IMG/VR virus record: IMGVR_UViG_3300025103_002730
Coordinates: 1-63,943 of that record
Reading direction: 5' to 3' (one strand)
Origin: a virus
Taxonomy: Duplodnaviria > Caudoviricetes
DNA length: 63,943 nucleotides
Shown here piece by piece: positions 9,968 through 20,306 of the stretch. The translations under genes were made by a program, and so were the position numbers. The notes below the pieces were generated by a model. That model ran no database searches, was not told the origin of the DNA, and saw only the letters and a list, made by a program, of their open reading frames with translations. Every line of letters starts with the position of its first letter. The stretch's first letter is position 1.

Positions 9968-10863
9968 ATTAGATTCCAGTTTGGTAACGTTACAGGGTTT
10001 TTGAATATTTCGTAGTGCCCACGTTGGCAGTACACGTTGACGGTTTTTTGATCCATAGTGTTGTTTAGTGTGCCGTATCTACAGTCTAACTGATATATTA
10101 AGCAGGCCCACACAGAGTCTACTACATGTATCTCTTGTGCGTTCTCAATAATCTTGATATAATCAAAGAACGTATTGGTTGCCTTGTTTAGATTGACATA
10201 GCTGACACCCTCCTTACGATCTAGCTCAATGTGTGTTGATTTGTAGGGAACCCCAACGCCCTTGGTCTCTTCACGCTTCTGATCATCGTGGTACAGGACA
10301 TAATCTTCTCCATGTTCCTTAATGAACTTCTCATAAGCGGCATCTTCTAATTCTGTATCTCTCTCAATGTTAAAATCGGTGATCCTTTTCCAGAAACTAA
10401 GATTGTAGTATTCGTAAAAAGCCTCTGTGAAGTGTGGGACTTTAAATGTTCCCGGTAGCAGTCTATTAGCTACAAAGCAATTGTACCACCTCATACCCAA
10501 CTTATCTTCTCTCCACTTATCATGCTCTCCATGAGTACACATTACGTATTCTGGGTTGAGTAATAAAGATCCATTGTTAGCGGATGAGTAGTGAAATCTG
10601 TCAATACTAAGGCTTTTTTCAATAGTTCCATAATATCTACCGTCGTCACCCTTGAAATAGATAGGCTCGACATTATCTTTACCCCGTAGGTAGAAGTCCA
10701 TCATATCCCTAACGTCTGACCTCAGGAATACTAACACCTCATCATAGAGAGAGCTATAATGGTCTATCAAACCCATACAGACTACCAGATCTGTCATTCC
10801 CTGATGGTAGTAAACAAACGCTTTAGTCTTCAAAGTGCTCTCTCCAATAGTTGTAGGTCTCAT
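9964..10863 (-). CDS. Putative glycosyltransferase-like protein
   Basis: 'HQGMTDLVVCMGLI' and 'YIKIIENAQEIHVVDS' resemble GT-B (GT9/GT11-like) elements; lies inside the glyco cluster. Confidence 0.45.
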   Translation of the reverse strand: MRPTTIGESTLKTKAFVYYHQGMTDLVVCMGLIDHYSSLYDEVLVFLRSDVRDMMDFYLRGKDNVEPIYFKGDDGRYYGTIEKSLSIDRFHYSSANNGSLLLNPEYVMCTHGEHDKWREDKLGMRWYNCFVANRLLPGTFKVPHFTEAFYEYYNLSFWKRITDFNIERDTELEDAAYEKFIKEHGEDYVLYHDDQKREETKGVGVPYKSTHIELDRKEGVSYVNLNKATNTFFDYIKIIENAQEIHVVDSVWACLIYQLDCRYGTLNNTMDQKTVNVYCQRGHYEIFKNPVTLPNWNLI

Positions 10864-12373
10864 AGTCGTCAGGGGTTCCCCAGCAGATGTAATTATCTAC
10901 CTCAAACACCTTGACATTAAGCCCGGCTTCTATGTTCCTGTTCAAAACATCGTCCACATAAAATTCGCTGGCGGTACGAATATCTTTTTTACGGTTTTCT
11001 TTGAACCCATCGTTGAAGTCCCGTCCCCTTCTGTAGTAGAACGTTCCAATGATAGCGTGTGTCTTCAGTGGATCTCCACCCGGAAACTTTTTACAGTATA
11101 CGTTCCGCACGCTGTTATTCTCGTCTACGTCCAACCAAGAGTACATGTCAGGATTGATTTTACTCGTCTGATTATTCCTAAACGACCATACGATTACGTC
11201 AACGGTCTCATCATTTACCAGATCTAGGAACTTAGCCTCGTCGTAGCACGCTCCGTTATCGCAAGCTGAGATCAGGATGGGTTCGTCATCCAAATACTTG
11301 GTAGCTAGGCGAACCGTACATGCTTGACCATCAGTGACACCGCCCGTGGTTAGAACTGATGCGTTCGGGTAATACTTCTGTATCTCCCTATCTATTATAA
11401 GCTCGTTAGTGTGTTTTTCCAAGCAAATAAAGCAAGAATCCTTGAATTTAGGCAAAGATTTCACCGCCCTGATAACCATAGGGTCTCCATCAACTGGGAT
11501 TAGCGGCTTGGGTTGTTTATACCCACGAGATGAGAATCTCTCGCCTTTACCAGCCATTGGGAGAACGAGGGTGAAGTCCTGCTCTGGTGCTGTATTTTGC
11601 TCCTTTTTGAGATTAGCGAAACAATTAGACCACCCTTTGTAGATTTCAAGATCGTAAGGAGTGCCCCACTGTAACATCTTATCTATTTCAAAGATCTTAG
11701 TCTTCAGTCCATCTCTTAGTAGTAGCTTGTAGACTAGGCTTACGTAGAACTCACCATTGAGATTGATATCTTCATCCATTAACTGGTTGAAGTATTTTTT
11801 TACTGTGGCCCCGGAGTTGAAGTAGTAGACACCGTTGGAGGCGTACTCATCCATCTTATTCTCAGTGAATGATTCCTTCTCTTTGATATCTTGGAGGGTC
11901 ATATTCTCTTCTTTACAGAAGGCGTAGTTCTCCCCTCTGAGCATGTGAGGGTGAAACCCAGTGTAACATGGTATTCCGCCATCGAAGCCCTCTACGGCCC
12001 CTAGGAAGCCCTCAAAATCCCACACGGTACCAAAGTCACAGTAGCTCACGATAACAGGCTTATCCCGATCTAAGAGACGTGCCACGCTGGATACGGCGTA
12101 TACTGGTCCCTTCTTATGGGGAGCGATGGAAATAATATTACATGTGGGACATAGACCGTATAACACCTTTGACATATTGGTATTACTGATATGGTCCTGA
12201 TTACAGATAAACGTAACATCCTCTACACCCGGAAACATGTCTAAGACGTGAGCTATAATTGGCTTACCGTCCACCTCGATCATAGACTTAGTGGTCTCAT
12301 AGCCAGCCTCTATAAACCTCTTGCCAATTCCCGACATTGGGATTACTAGTTGTACATCTTTCTTATTGATCAC
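10823..12373 (-). CDS. Tandem two-domain sugar nucleotidyltransferase
   Basis: Two copies of the NTP-transferase signature (IPMSGIGKRF; LPMAGKGERF...PKPLI), each ending in 'WGTP.D'. Confidence 0.85.
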   Translation of the reverse strand: MINKKDVQLVIPMSGIGKRFIEAGYETTKSMIEVDGKPIIAHVLDMFPGVEDVTFICNQDHISNTNMSKVLYGLCPTCNIISIAPHKKGPVYAVSSVARLLDRDKPVIVSYCDFGTVWDFEGFLGAVEGFDGGIPCYTGFHPHMLRGENYAFCKEENMTLQDIKEKESFTENKMDEYASNGVYYFNSGATVKKYFNQLMDEDINLNGEFYVSLVYKLLLRDGLKTKIFEIDKMLQWGTPYDLEIYKGWSNCFANLKKEQNTAPEQDFTLVLPMAGKGERFSSRGYKQPKPLIPVDGDPMVIRAVKSLPKFKDSCFICLEKHTNELIIDREIQKYYPNASVLTTGGVTDGQACTVRLATKYLDDEPILISACDNGACYDEAKFLDLVNDETVDVIVWSFRNNQTSKINPDMYSWLDVDENNSVRNVYCKKFPGGDPLKTHAIIGTFYYRRGRDFNDGFKENRKKDIRTASEFYVDDVLNRNIEAGLNVKVFEVDNYICWGTPDDYETYNYWREHFED

Positions 12374-12851
12374 TCAACTGCTCCTTGAGATAGTTTGGGT
12401 AATCCGTACATATACCGTAGATACATCTAGCTCTGGCTAGGTCAAAGTTGTCGATATCCTCTTTAGAGATGAGAGGGATGACGCTATAATTTGTGAGTTC
12501 CAAAGATAGATCGTGAACCCATATAAATCCATTCTTACTAGATATCCACGGACAATTCATAACCATAGAGAAGGGGTCAGACTGATGACAAAACGCACGC
12601 CCTCCCGAATAATAGGATAATGCTACATTATCCTTATAGTGAATCCATAACCTCTGTCTTCTATCATCTAGGTCTGTCTGAGCTATATGGTGGTCAGGAC
12701 CATCGTGTCCCAAGTACAATATACCATGCTTAACCCTGAGGTCAATCTCCGCGTCGTACCCATGAGACAGGGCTTCGTCTATGTACTTTAGGGTATTCTC
12801 CCTCTCGGGATTGGGACCGTCTAAATTCCCTCTATGTGAGATGATCTTCAT
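12363..12851 (-). CDS. GDPD/PLC-like phosphodiesterase
   Basis: 'IISHRGN...PERENT...EIDL...LGHD...GICTD'. Confidence 0.75.
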   Translation of the reverse strand: MKIISHRGNLDGPNPERENTLKYIDEALSHGYDAEIDLRVKHGILYLGHDGPDHHIAQTDLDDRRQRLWIHYKDNVALSYYSGGRAFCHQSDPFSMVMNCPWISSKNGFIWVHDLSLELTNYSVIPLISKEDIDNFDLARARCIYGICTDYPNYLKEQLSDQ

Positions 12852-13666
12852 CCTAATTTACTCCGTACCATTTCAAGAAAAGTGTTTTGGTCAAACGTAT
12901 TTTCGGTAAAGTATGGGTTGTCTATGAATTTGAACATCTGTAACTCTCTACCTGTTAGGGCTATTAGATTGTTACAGTGAGAATATACTACTTGTCCCCC
13001 CCCTTCCCCTATATGGATATTAAACAGGGAGTGTCTAAGCCAAGCTATGTTTCTATCGATAATCTTCTGGTCGTACAACGAGGTGGTTTCGGCTTGAGTT
13101 AAGTCTTCCAAATCCAGCAAATCCCCATTAACAATGTCTTTATAAATGGAGAATGTTTTATGTATATCATACTCCCGACAGTGAGAGGGTTCTTTCTCTC
13201 CTATGATTATCACTTTAACACCAGAGTCATTTAGCATATGAAACAGTGGTGTTTTTATAGCATCCCATTTTTCTTTAAGCCCATAATCTGAGACCGTTAT
13301 ACATTTTGTGTTCAGGACTACGTGGTTTTCACGTATCGTAGCGGGAGGAATTGCTGTCTTAATAGAGTTGGGTTTGATATCTAGGAATTTAGCTAGATCG
13401 TGAGGAATGGGACGTTTGATAAGAGGGCAGTCTTCAGTGCTCGTGCTATCATCTGTCGTACGCACATTATCTAAGTCTGACATTCTTGCTCGAAGAATAT
13501 CGTACATTTTCTGAGAATACTCTTTCCAGTGCTCTGGTCGGAGTTGCTTAATAAGGTCGTCATTAAAAACCACTTCAAACTGTATGTGTGGGCATCCGGC
13601 AAACACACAATAATAATCTAGGTGTAGTGACATGCCGTATAATGGTTCTATTTTACATCGTCTCAT
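12848..13666 (-). CDS. Hypothetical protein, possibly GT9-like
   Basis: 'VKVIIIGE' and 'NIHIGEGG' segments; context within the glyco cluster. Confidence 0.4.
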   Translation of the reverse strand: MRRCKIEPLYGMSLHLDYYCVFAGCPHIQFEVVFNDDLIKQLRPEHWKEYSQKMYDILRARMSDLDNVRTTDDSTSTEDCPLIKRPIPHDLAKFLDIKPNSIKTAIPPATIRENHVVLNTKCITVSDYGLKEKWDAIKTPLFHMLNDSGVKVIIIGEKEPSHCREYDIHKTFSIYKDIVNGDLLDLEDLTQAETTSLYDQKIIDRNIAWLRHSLFNIHIGEGGGQVVYSHCNNLIALTGRELQMFKFIDNPYFTENTFDQNTFLEMVRSKLG

Positions 13667-13971
13667 ATTTCTTCAATCCTTTTACTACGATCTTCTATGA
13701 ATAGGTCATAATAGGGTTTATTACACTCTAGCCCGTGAAATTTTGCCCCCCAAGACTTCAGTTGATTCTCTGTGAACTCATGCCAATCGAGTCCACTTCT
13801 ACTACCTCTCGCGGTCCAGTAGATAATCTCATGTCCACCGTCGTATAGGTTGTTGATCTTAGCGATGTTTATGTGGTTGGGTATAGCCTTGTCATAGCAT
13901 TTCTTTCCATCCAGAGCTATATCCTCTTCGTAAAAACAGACGGTCTCGTCTATGTCTACTCTGATCTTCAT
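13663..13971 (-). CDS. Small HAD-superfamily phosphatase (capsule-biosynthesis type)
   Basis: DIDETV motif I, 'WTARG' motif II, 'KPYYDLFIEDR'. Confidence 0.8.
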   Translation of the reverse strand: MKIRVDIDETVCFYEEDIALDGKKCYDKAIPNHINIAKINNLYDGGHEIIYWTARGSRSGLDWHEFTENQLKSWGAKFHGLECNKPYYDLFIEDRSKRIEEI

Positions 13972-14702
13972 GCTAAGTTTCTCCTGTGAATTTCCTTAGG
14001 GTCTTCTAGAATTTCTTTAACCTGCTCATAGCTCAGTGGATTGTTGTCCATCGAGAAGGAAGCCGCTGCCTTCTCACATATCTGAGTCTTAATGACGCAC
14101 TCCTCAGCGGTCTTTCCGCAGCAAATGATACCATGATTAGCGAGCAAGATCACCTCTGGAAACGAACCACGCCAACGAGAGATAGCTTCAGATAATGCTA
14201 GAGCCAATGGTTCACCGGGCATAGCGTAGGGAACTACACAGGATTTCCGACCGTTGAACACTACTTGATCTGGAAAGAATCTATCATTGGCGAATGTGTA
14301 CATTTTATCTGCGTTACACACGATCTTCAAGCAGTTTAAGGGGTGGGTATGTGCTATGAAGTTAACCTTAGGGTTTTCCTTGTATATGTAAGCGTGTAGA
14401 GCACTCTCCATACTGGGTTTCAGATGTGATTCTTCTGGGTTTCCGTCTTTATCGCAGCAAATGAAGTCTCCGCATGAGATTCTCTTAAAAGATTTTCCAC
14501 TGGCTTTTACCGTAAAACCATCTTTTAAGGTTAGTGGGTAAAAAGCGTCTCTACGTGATGTATTTCCCTCTGTACCTACTACAAATGGCTCCAGTGCCAG
14601 TGTCATATCTACAATGTCCATCATTGCGACTTGTTTCATTCTCTCTTCAAATTCGAAATTCATCATTGTTCTTTCCTCATGTAAGCAGTCGGAGCGAACC
14701 AA
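13968..14702 (-). CDS. Class II aldolase/adducin family protein
   Basis: 'EGNTSRR', 'PSMESALH', 'HTHP', 'LLANHGII' Zn-binding histidines. Confidence 0.85.
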   Translation of the reverse strand: MVRSDCLHEERTMMNFEFEERMKQVAMMDIVDMTLALEPFVVGTEGNTSRRDAFYPLTLKDGFTVKASGKSFKRISCGDFICCDKDGNPEESHLKPSMESALHAYIYKENPKVNFIAHTHPLNCLKIVCNADKMYTFANDRFFPDQVVFNGRKSCVVPYAMPGEPLALALSEAISRWRGSFPEVILLANHGIICCGKTAEECVIKTQICEKAAASFSMDNNPLSYEQVKEILEDPKEIHRRNLA

Positions 14703-15397
14703 TCGGTAGAGTGTACGTTGTATTTAAGACCCTTATCTTTCAGGAATTTCTCTACACCAACGCTCTCGCTAAATAGATGATATTCATATTCGTCGAACAG
14801 AATTACGCCTCCGGGTAATAGCCTGTCCCATAGGTTCATTAACGCATGGTATGTTGGACGCTCAATATCTACATCAATATAGATCAAGGATGCCCTGAAG
14901 CCGGGGTTATCTTCTAAGAACTTAGGCATGGTCTCCTGTACGTCACCCTTAATCAGTTTGACTTTGTCAACAACACCCTCTGAAATGCCTAACAGTCGAT
15001 CATTTACAACCTCTAAGGATAATTCATCGTTATCTACCTTGCTGTAGACGGCCTCTATACTGTTCTTGTCGATCTCTGTGTCTTTATTATTGAGGATGAA
15101 ACTGCCTTCACTGGGGTCAAATATGTCAAACCCAACGATTTTCTTATTAGAGTTGGGAATGAACACTTCTAGGAACTTGACAAACGTTGCTACTCCAGAC
15201 CCCTTAAACACCCCTACTTCCACTATGTCACCGGCTAGGTGTTTGGTCTCTTGAAAGAAGTGAAAGCGATGGAGTAGCTTACCGATCAGCTTGATATCGC
15301 TGGAGAATATGAACTTGTTGAAAGCCTCATAAACATCATCAGAAATACAGTTCTTGGAGTTGTTGTTACAAATGTCTATTTGGTTATACTGATTCAT
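14663..15397 (-). CDS. TylF/MycF-type sugar O-methyltransferase
   Basis: 'GDIVEVGVFKG', 'GFDIF', 'IYIDVD', 'GGVILFDEY'. Confidence 0.8.
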   Translation of the reverse strand: MNQYNQIDICNNNSKNCISDDVYEAFNKFIFSSDIKLIGKLLHRFHFFQETKHLAGDIVEVGVFKGSGVATFVKFLEVFIPNSNKKIVGFDIFDPSEGSFILNNKDTEIDKNSIEAVYSKVDNDELSLEVVNDRLLGISEGVVDKVKLIKGDVQETMPKFLEDNPGFRASLIYIDVDIERPTYHALMNLWDRLLPGGVILFDEYEYHLFSESVGVEKFLKDKGLKYNVHSTDWFAPTAYMRKEQ

Positions 15398-15992
15398 TTA
15401 GTATCCTCACTATTTTTTGTGAACTCTCGTTGTCATTAACAATTTGAACAGACTGCGTTTGTTTTTTATCCCAGAAATACGTTAAGATGATATCTGCGAC
15501 CTCTTTCTGTGGTAGAATGTAATTCTGGAACTCAATTTCCCTACTCTTAATCTTAGCCATTATGTCGTCTATTTGATAGCCACGATATTTGAAGTCCCTC
15601 TCCAGCTTCCACAGGTATTTGAGGTTCTTCTCCGTGTCTATGAAGATCTTTACGTCGGCAGAGATATGTAGTGTGTGGAGGCCGCTTACAATGATTGTTT
15701 TCTCTGGACTTATTGCTTGTGTCTCAGTAAATGTCCCAAGGGTATGATCATAGTCTCGTTGGGAAATTTCCTTGCCATTCCTTAGTTGCTCAACGTTGCT
15801 GGCCATTAAGTCTAGATGGTTTGCCAACGGATTGAGGGGCGTGTAATACTTCCAGTGGTAGTCACTTCTCTCCCACTTGTGGTATCTGTCGCACTCAAGG
15901 ACCATAGAGTGGTCTATACGAGACAGTAACTGAGCGGCCAGCGTGGTCTTACCGCTACCAGAGTCTCCGCAGATAGCTATGACATTATTCAT
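15384..15992 (-). CDS. Phosphoribulokinase/uridine kinase family P-loop kinase
   Basis: GDSGSGKTT, 'DRYHKWER', 'YDHTLGTF', 'GLH', 'RD...RG', 'YILPQK..AD'. Confidence 0.85.
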   Translation of the reverse strand: MNNVIAICGDSGSGKTTLAAQLLSRIDHSMVLECDRYHKWERSDYHWKYYTPLNPLANHLDLMASNVEQLRNGKEISQRDYDHTLGTFTETQAISPEKTIIVSGLHTLHISADVKIFIDTEKNLKYLWKLERDFKYRGYQIDDIMAKIKSREIEFQNYILPQKEVADIILTYFWDKKQTQSVQIVNDNESSQKIVRILNESV

Positions 15993-17214
15993 TCATCATC
16001 TGCTTAAATTGTTCAAGGTTCATAGTCCATTCAGAATTTAACCCTTTATCTAAGAGTTTTAAGTCTTCTTCACGTACTAGCTTTCTACGGTAACTTGCTT
16101 GAAGATTCCATCCAGCGACCCTCTGTTGATCTAGATACTTCAGTCCGATCATGCCCGACGCATCACCCTTCCTCATACAAATTTCCCCAATATTACCCTG
16201 ACCGTCAGTCGCCCTCATATGGTTCTTGTGAGTGCCCTTCTCGACATGTTCAGTGTCTATAAACATCCTAGTGCCCACAGGAAGCACATGAGTAAACCTT
16301 AGGTTTACATCAAGAAAAGTGGGAGACAGAATACATTCAATCTCAGTTGTCTCTGGACAAAATAGTGTATTTATCATCCCTCCACCAATAGCACCAACCA
16401 CATGTGTAGCCTGCTTGAAAACCCCTATCTTCTCTTCCGTAGACATGGTTTCCGTGAACACTTCAGTATAACCTATGGATTCAAGAAAGTCAACCAGTTC
16501 GCCCTCATTTTCCAAACGTCTCCGTGTGGTGTAGTCTGTTCCTATATTAGATTTGTCATTATGCTTCCACGAGCGTCTGGATATGTATAGCTTTTGTCCA
16601 TAGTTTGTGTTGGGCTTGATATCCTTCGCTATATTTTTGAGTAGGTCATACACCTCTGCTCTTGGTGGAGCGTTGGAGTCGTGTCCATGCGTGTAGGATT
16701 CCGACATTAGTAGTGTCCCATACCTCACACCAAATTTTGCGAAGAGAACATCTTTTTCCATGTCAATCCCAGCCAATTCCAGAAACTCTACTACAAATGG
16801 GTACAGCTTACGAGCCTCCGCGTTTGGATAAGTCATTAGAAGCCGGAGGTTTGGATGAGTCTTCTTCATCTTGAAGTACGAAATCAGGTACGGCATCGTG
16901 TCGTATAGGAAGTGGTAGTAGTTATCCGTGTTGTACATGAAGAAAAACACGGGATCTGTGACTACACGGTGACAGTTGGGAGCTACATCTTCGAATAAGC
17001 TCTCTTCCCACAAACCTTGTAAAGACATAACCCGCTCATTAATAGGGTTGTAGACTTTATCATCCTCGGGGGATAGCACTCTTGTGTTTGGGTATATCAG
17101 ATCACCGACTAATTCCGCGTTGTATATCTGATACACGTTGATATATCTACTGTTAACATCTGTATCAAATAGTCGATAGTGTTTGTCAATACTACTAAGT
17201 CTATGAACTCTCAT
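15985..17214 (-). CDS. Glycosyltransferase family 61 (DUF563)-like
   Basis: 'NYYHFLYD', 'KLYISRR', 'RRLENE', 'ATHVVGAIGGGMINTLF'. Confidence 0.8.
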   Translation of the reverse strand: MRVHRLSSIDKHYRLFDTDVNSRYINVYQIYNAELVGDLIYPNTRVLSPEDDKVYNPINERVMSLQGLWEESLFEDVAPNCHRVVTDPVFFFMYNTDNYYHFLYDTMPYLISYFKMKKTHPNLRLLMTYPNAEARKLYPFVVEFLELAGIDMEKDVLFAKFGVRYGTLLMSESYTHGHDSNAPPRAEVYDLLKNIAKDIKPNTNYGQKLYISRRSWKHNDKSNIGTDYTTRRRLENEGELVDFLESIGYTEVFTETMSTEEKIGVFKQATHVVGAIGGGMINTLFCPETTEIECILSPTFLDVNLRFTHVLPVGTRMFIDTEHVEKGTHKNHMRATDGQGNIGEICMRKGDASGMIGLKYLDQQRVAGWNLQASYRRKLVREEDLKLLDKGLNSEWTMNLEQFKQMMNE

Positions 17215-17963
17215 AATTCACCCTTGTTTTCCCAGTAAAATGGCTCAGTTGTGTGTAGGGGCGGCTTAGGGTTCTTCAACACTAGTGGTCGTGGGTTAAT
17301 CCCATGCTGCTGACCATTAGTGGGATCTATCTCATATTTGACCCCGTGAACAAAATCAAGATTGAACTGAGTGTATTTAGTGTTCACTTTCTTAATATTC
17401 TGTAGTACATTTTCTGCGTCTACATGGTTGATGATATTTGGTACTTGTATTGACTTTATAGTTCCCCCATCAGACTGGACACCAATTTGCCACTCCATGT
17501 CGCCGTCTTCTTCGCCAACCCCTAAAAATCTCTCATCAAACCAGTTTAATGCGGAGATGATCCTTCTATCCAGCGTGGCGTGGCTCCAACTGCCGTTGAT
17601 CTTAAAAAACCCATCTGATTCTAGGATTCCCTCTAGGGCATCAAAAAACGCTTCATTGGTAATAGAAACATCGTCGTTTAACAGTAATACATGATGATTA
17701 CTAGCGTTGATTAATAGGTTGTTCCATAATTTGGCTAACGATCTGAACTCTGGATGTATATTGGGAAAGATATTGGAATATTCACTAATGAATTTCAGAA
17801 TATCGGCCCTGTAAGTTTGATTGAAATCAGCTTTATACTCTCCATTGATAGCAACCATTATCTCAATGTCTGGACGGAACTCTTTGATCTGCTTAATGAG
17901 AGGCTTAAAGAACTTCTCGAACCGATGTTCAAACGTTACTATTCCTATTGAATATTTAATCAC
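17211..17963 (-). CDS. Glycosyltransferase family 2
   Basis: 'LLLNDDV' and 'FDERFLGVGEEDGD'. Confidence 0.8.
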   Translation of the reverse strand: MIKYSIGIVTFEHRFEKFFKPLIKQIKEFRPDIEIMVAINGEYKADFNQTYRADILKFISEYSNIFPNIHPEFRSLAKLWNNLLINASNHHVLLLNDDVSITNEAFFDALEGILESDGFFKINGSWSHATLDRRIISALNWFDERFLGVGEEDGDMEWQIGVQSDGGTIKSIQVPNIINHVDAENVLQNIKKVNTKYTQFNLDFVHGVKYEIDPTNGQQHGINPRPLVLKNPKPPLHTTEPFYWENKGEL

Positions 17964-18669
17964 TTGTAATCCTTTCTCTAGGGAACCCTAGGGCTTTTCT
18001 TTGCTCGTACACCTGAGCGTCCCGACCTGAGTAATGTAGGGTTTTCTGAACCGCTAGATCCACTTCGTTATGGTTCTGAGAACCCTCAATACTCCAATGC
18101 TCGTGGCTAACAATAACCTTGTCAATATACTGTTCTTGGCCCATTCTGCGAACTTCGTCTGTGAATTCGTTGTCGCAGTAGAGGCTTTTGTAGTCTGGGT
18201 GGTAGATGTATCCAAATTCGTCATACAGCTTTTTCCCCATAATTGAGAAGGTGATGAGTTCGCCATTAGTATTACCGTCATCGAAGTGGACACAGCCATC
18301 TAAATCAGGGAAGTGCTCCATCATAGCATGTGAGATTTCCCTGTCCCAATTTTCTACCTGTGGAACCATATCATCGCTAGCACAAACAACTACATCCCAA
18401 CCATCCTTAGGAATATGATTGTTGATAGCACTGATCTTCTCAGTATTCTCGTCGTAGTAGATAGTTCCGTGTGTATTGGGTTTGTGGCCCAGTAATAAAC
18501 GAATAATACGACCCTCCACATACTCACTTGTCATAGTCGAATCAGACGTGTCGCAATTGATGTTAAAAGTAATTTCATTCTCATCGCTACACAACTCCAC
18601 GTACTTAGACAGTACGTCAATGAATTTAGAAGCCCGACCGTATGTGGGAAATTGTACTAGGATTCTCAT
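17956..18669 (-). CDS. GT-A fold glycosyltransferase
   Basis: 'FPTYGR', 'CASDDMVP', 'YIYHPDYKSLYCDNEFT', 'HEH'. Confidence 0.75.
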   Translation of the reverse strand: MRILVQFPTYGRASKFIDVLSKYVELCSDENEITFNINCDTSDSTMTSEYVEGRIIRLLLGHKPNTHGTIYYDENTEKISAINNHIPKDGWDVVVCASDDMVPQVENWDREISHAMMEHFPDLDGCVHFDDGNTNGELITFSIMGKKLYDEFGYIYHPDYKSLYCDNEFTDEVRRMGQEQYIDKVIVSHEHWSIEGSQNHNEVDLAVQKTLHYSGRDAQVYEQRKALGFPRERITSD

Positions 18670-19560
18670 TTAGATCTCCTTAATGGCGTCTGGGAAGTGA
18701 CCCTGCATAACTTCAACCTTGGCGGTCATTTCTTCGTCTCCGAGATGCTTCATAAGGGTTGTGGCACGATGAAACGGCGTGTGATTACTCTTCATTTGAT
18801 TCTTGATCTGTAGAGCCATATCCTCTTTAGACCCCGTGTCGTTGAATATTTCTACTAGGAACTTTTCAAACGTTTCCGTGTCATCTGTTTTGACTACAAC
18901 ATTAGGAGCGTTTACGGTTAGGTCGAAGAACAACTGAGATGAACAGAAATCCATATCTCCCACGAGTGTGAATGAATTGTACTTCTTGTAGAGTTCGTGA
19001 GCAGAGACCGCGTTAGATCGAATATCAAACTTAGAATCTATTTCGCCATTGGTAAACTGAACCAAGTGGTAAACTCCGCCGTCTTTGATCTCGTGCTGTA
19101 CTGAGTCATCGTGTGTTTTGGCGAAGATGGCCCTAGGGCATAGTGGCTTAACATACTCAGAACGCTGAATAGCGAATAAATCAAAAGCCGGAAGAATTCT
19201 TTCGTACCTGATATTCGTTTTTGGGTTCTCGCTTAACGAGTTGGTAAAGACAAATGGGACATTGAGATTCTTTGCGGTCACAAACTTCTCAAAATCAGCG
19301 ATTTGAGATTCAGACATACCAGCAGCGTTTATAACTAATTGAATTTGGTTATTCTGTTCCAGATACTTGACAATATCGGAAGTGATCATTGTGTAGTGGG
19401 ATATAAACACTTCTGGCTGTAGAGTGTCAAATATGTCAAATGCACTGATTCGACTGTCATTCCAAAGGTGTGCGTCTACACCGCAGTGTTGAAGGGCGAC
19501 CGTTAAGTACCTTGGTTCCGTAGTCAGTTCGCCCGAATAGTCATGAAACAAGATTTTCAT
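18670..19560 (-). CDS. Hypothetical protein, possibly a degenerate GT-B
   Basis: 'MKILF' start and C-terminal 'SNHTPFHRA' resembling GT-B (CgeB-like) 'HTY.HR'. Confidence 0.45.
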   Translation of the reverse strand: MKILFHDYSGELTTEPRYLTVALQHCGVDAHLWNDSRISAFDIFDTLQPEVFISHYTMITSDIVKYLEQNNQIQLVINAAGMSESQIADFEKFVTAKNLNVPFVFTNSLSENPKTNIRYERILPAFDLFAIQRSEYVKPLCPRAIFAKTHDDSVQHEIKDGGVYHLVQFTNGEIDSKFDIRSNAVSAHELYKKYNSFTLVGDMDFCSSQLFFDLTVNAPNVVVKTDDTETFEKFLVEIFNDTGSKEDMALQIKNQMKSNHTPFHRATTLMKHLGDEEMTAKVEVMQGHFPDAIKEI

Positions 19561-20306
19561 TGTTCAGTAATCCTCTTAAAAGTCTTTATGTTATCCACTT
19601 TGATAATTTGTTCATCTTTATTTTCTGAGAGGAAAAGTTGCCTTCTCCCACGCCAAGCATTAATAGCCTCAAACAGAAACTTGGTCTTTAGTTCTGGTTT
19701 GGAAATAGTGTTATAGAATGATCTAATCATAGCTTCACCATTAAGGTAAAGTAGGTCTGTCCACACTTTATCTTTCACCGCTAAGGCGAGATTCTCCAGA
19801 CGGTCATTATTGCTGATGACACCAATATCAAAAGAAGATTCTTTAGAACTCTTCTGATAGGGTATAGACGATTTCTTGATGCTCAGAGATCTCAAGTAAG
19901 GAATAGTGAGTAGTACACCCCCTCCACAGACGATAATTTTGTCATTCCTAGTGTTGTTCATACACAACCGAAGACCCTCACAACAGTTACTGTGATAATA
20001 TACCTGATTCTCAACAATGCGAATGGGGACACTTGGAGCAAAGTTTGCCTGAACGAACTGGTAGATCTTTTGGGTCTCAAATCCAGAGCATAAGATGATT
20101 TCGAAGTCAATAAATGCCGCCTCAATGGCGTGAATTTGGTGCTCTAAGAGGGTTTTTTCTCCAATATTGATTAGGGAGACTGGACCGTATGATTTCATAC
20201 GGTAGCCATAGTTTTCTGCTAAGAATATGAATGTAACCTTTTCATCACGCTTCAACCCCGGATTGTCTGTCTTAGCACTCGTTATGTATCGGCTATTTTG
20301 TTTCAT
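19557..20306 (-). CDS. NTP-transferase-like protein with altered Gly-rich loop
   Basis: 'FLAENYGYRMKSYGPVSLI...TLLEHQI' matches the ILAAGxGxRM motif but has lost glycines. Confidence 0.65.
   Translation of the reverse strand: MKQNSRYITSAKTDNPGLKRDEKVTFIFLAENYGYRMKSYGPVSLINIGEKTLLEHQIHAIEAAFIDFEIILCSGFETQKIYQFVQANFAPSVPIRIVENQVYYHSNCCEGLRLCMNNTRNDKIIVCGGGVLLTIPYLRSLSIKKSSIPYQKSSKESSFDIGVISNNDRLENLALAVKDKVWTDLLYLNGEAMIRSFYNTISKPELKTKFLFEAINAWRGRRQLFLSENKDEQIIKVDNIKTFKRITEQ

Noticed and set aside
15384-15992. Phosphoribulokinase as a Calvin-cycle auxiliary gene
   Set aside because: Short PRK/UK-family domain embedded in a sugar-modification cluster; no other carbon-fixation genes.
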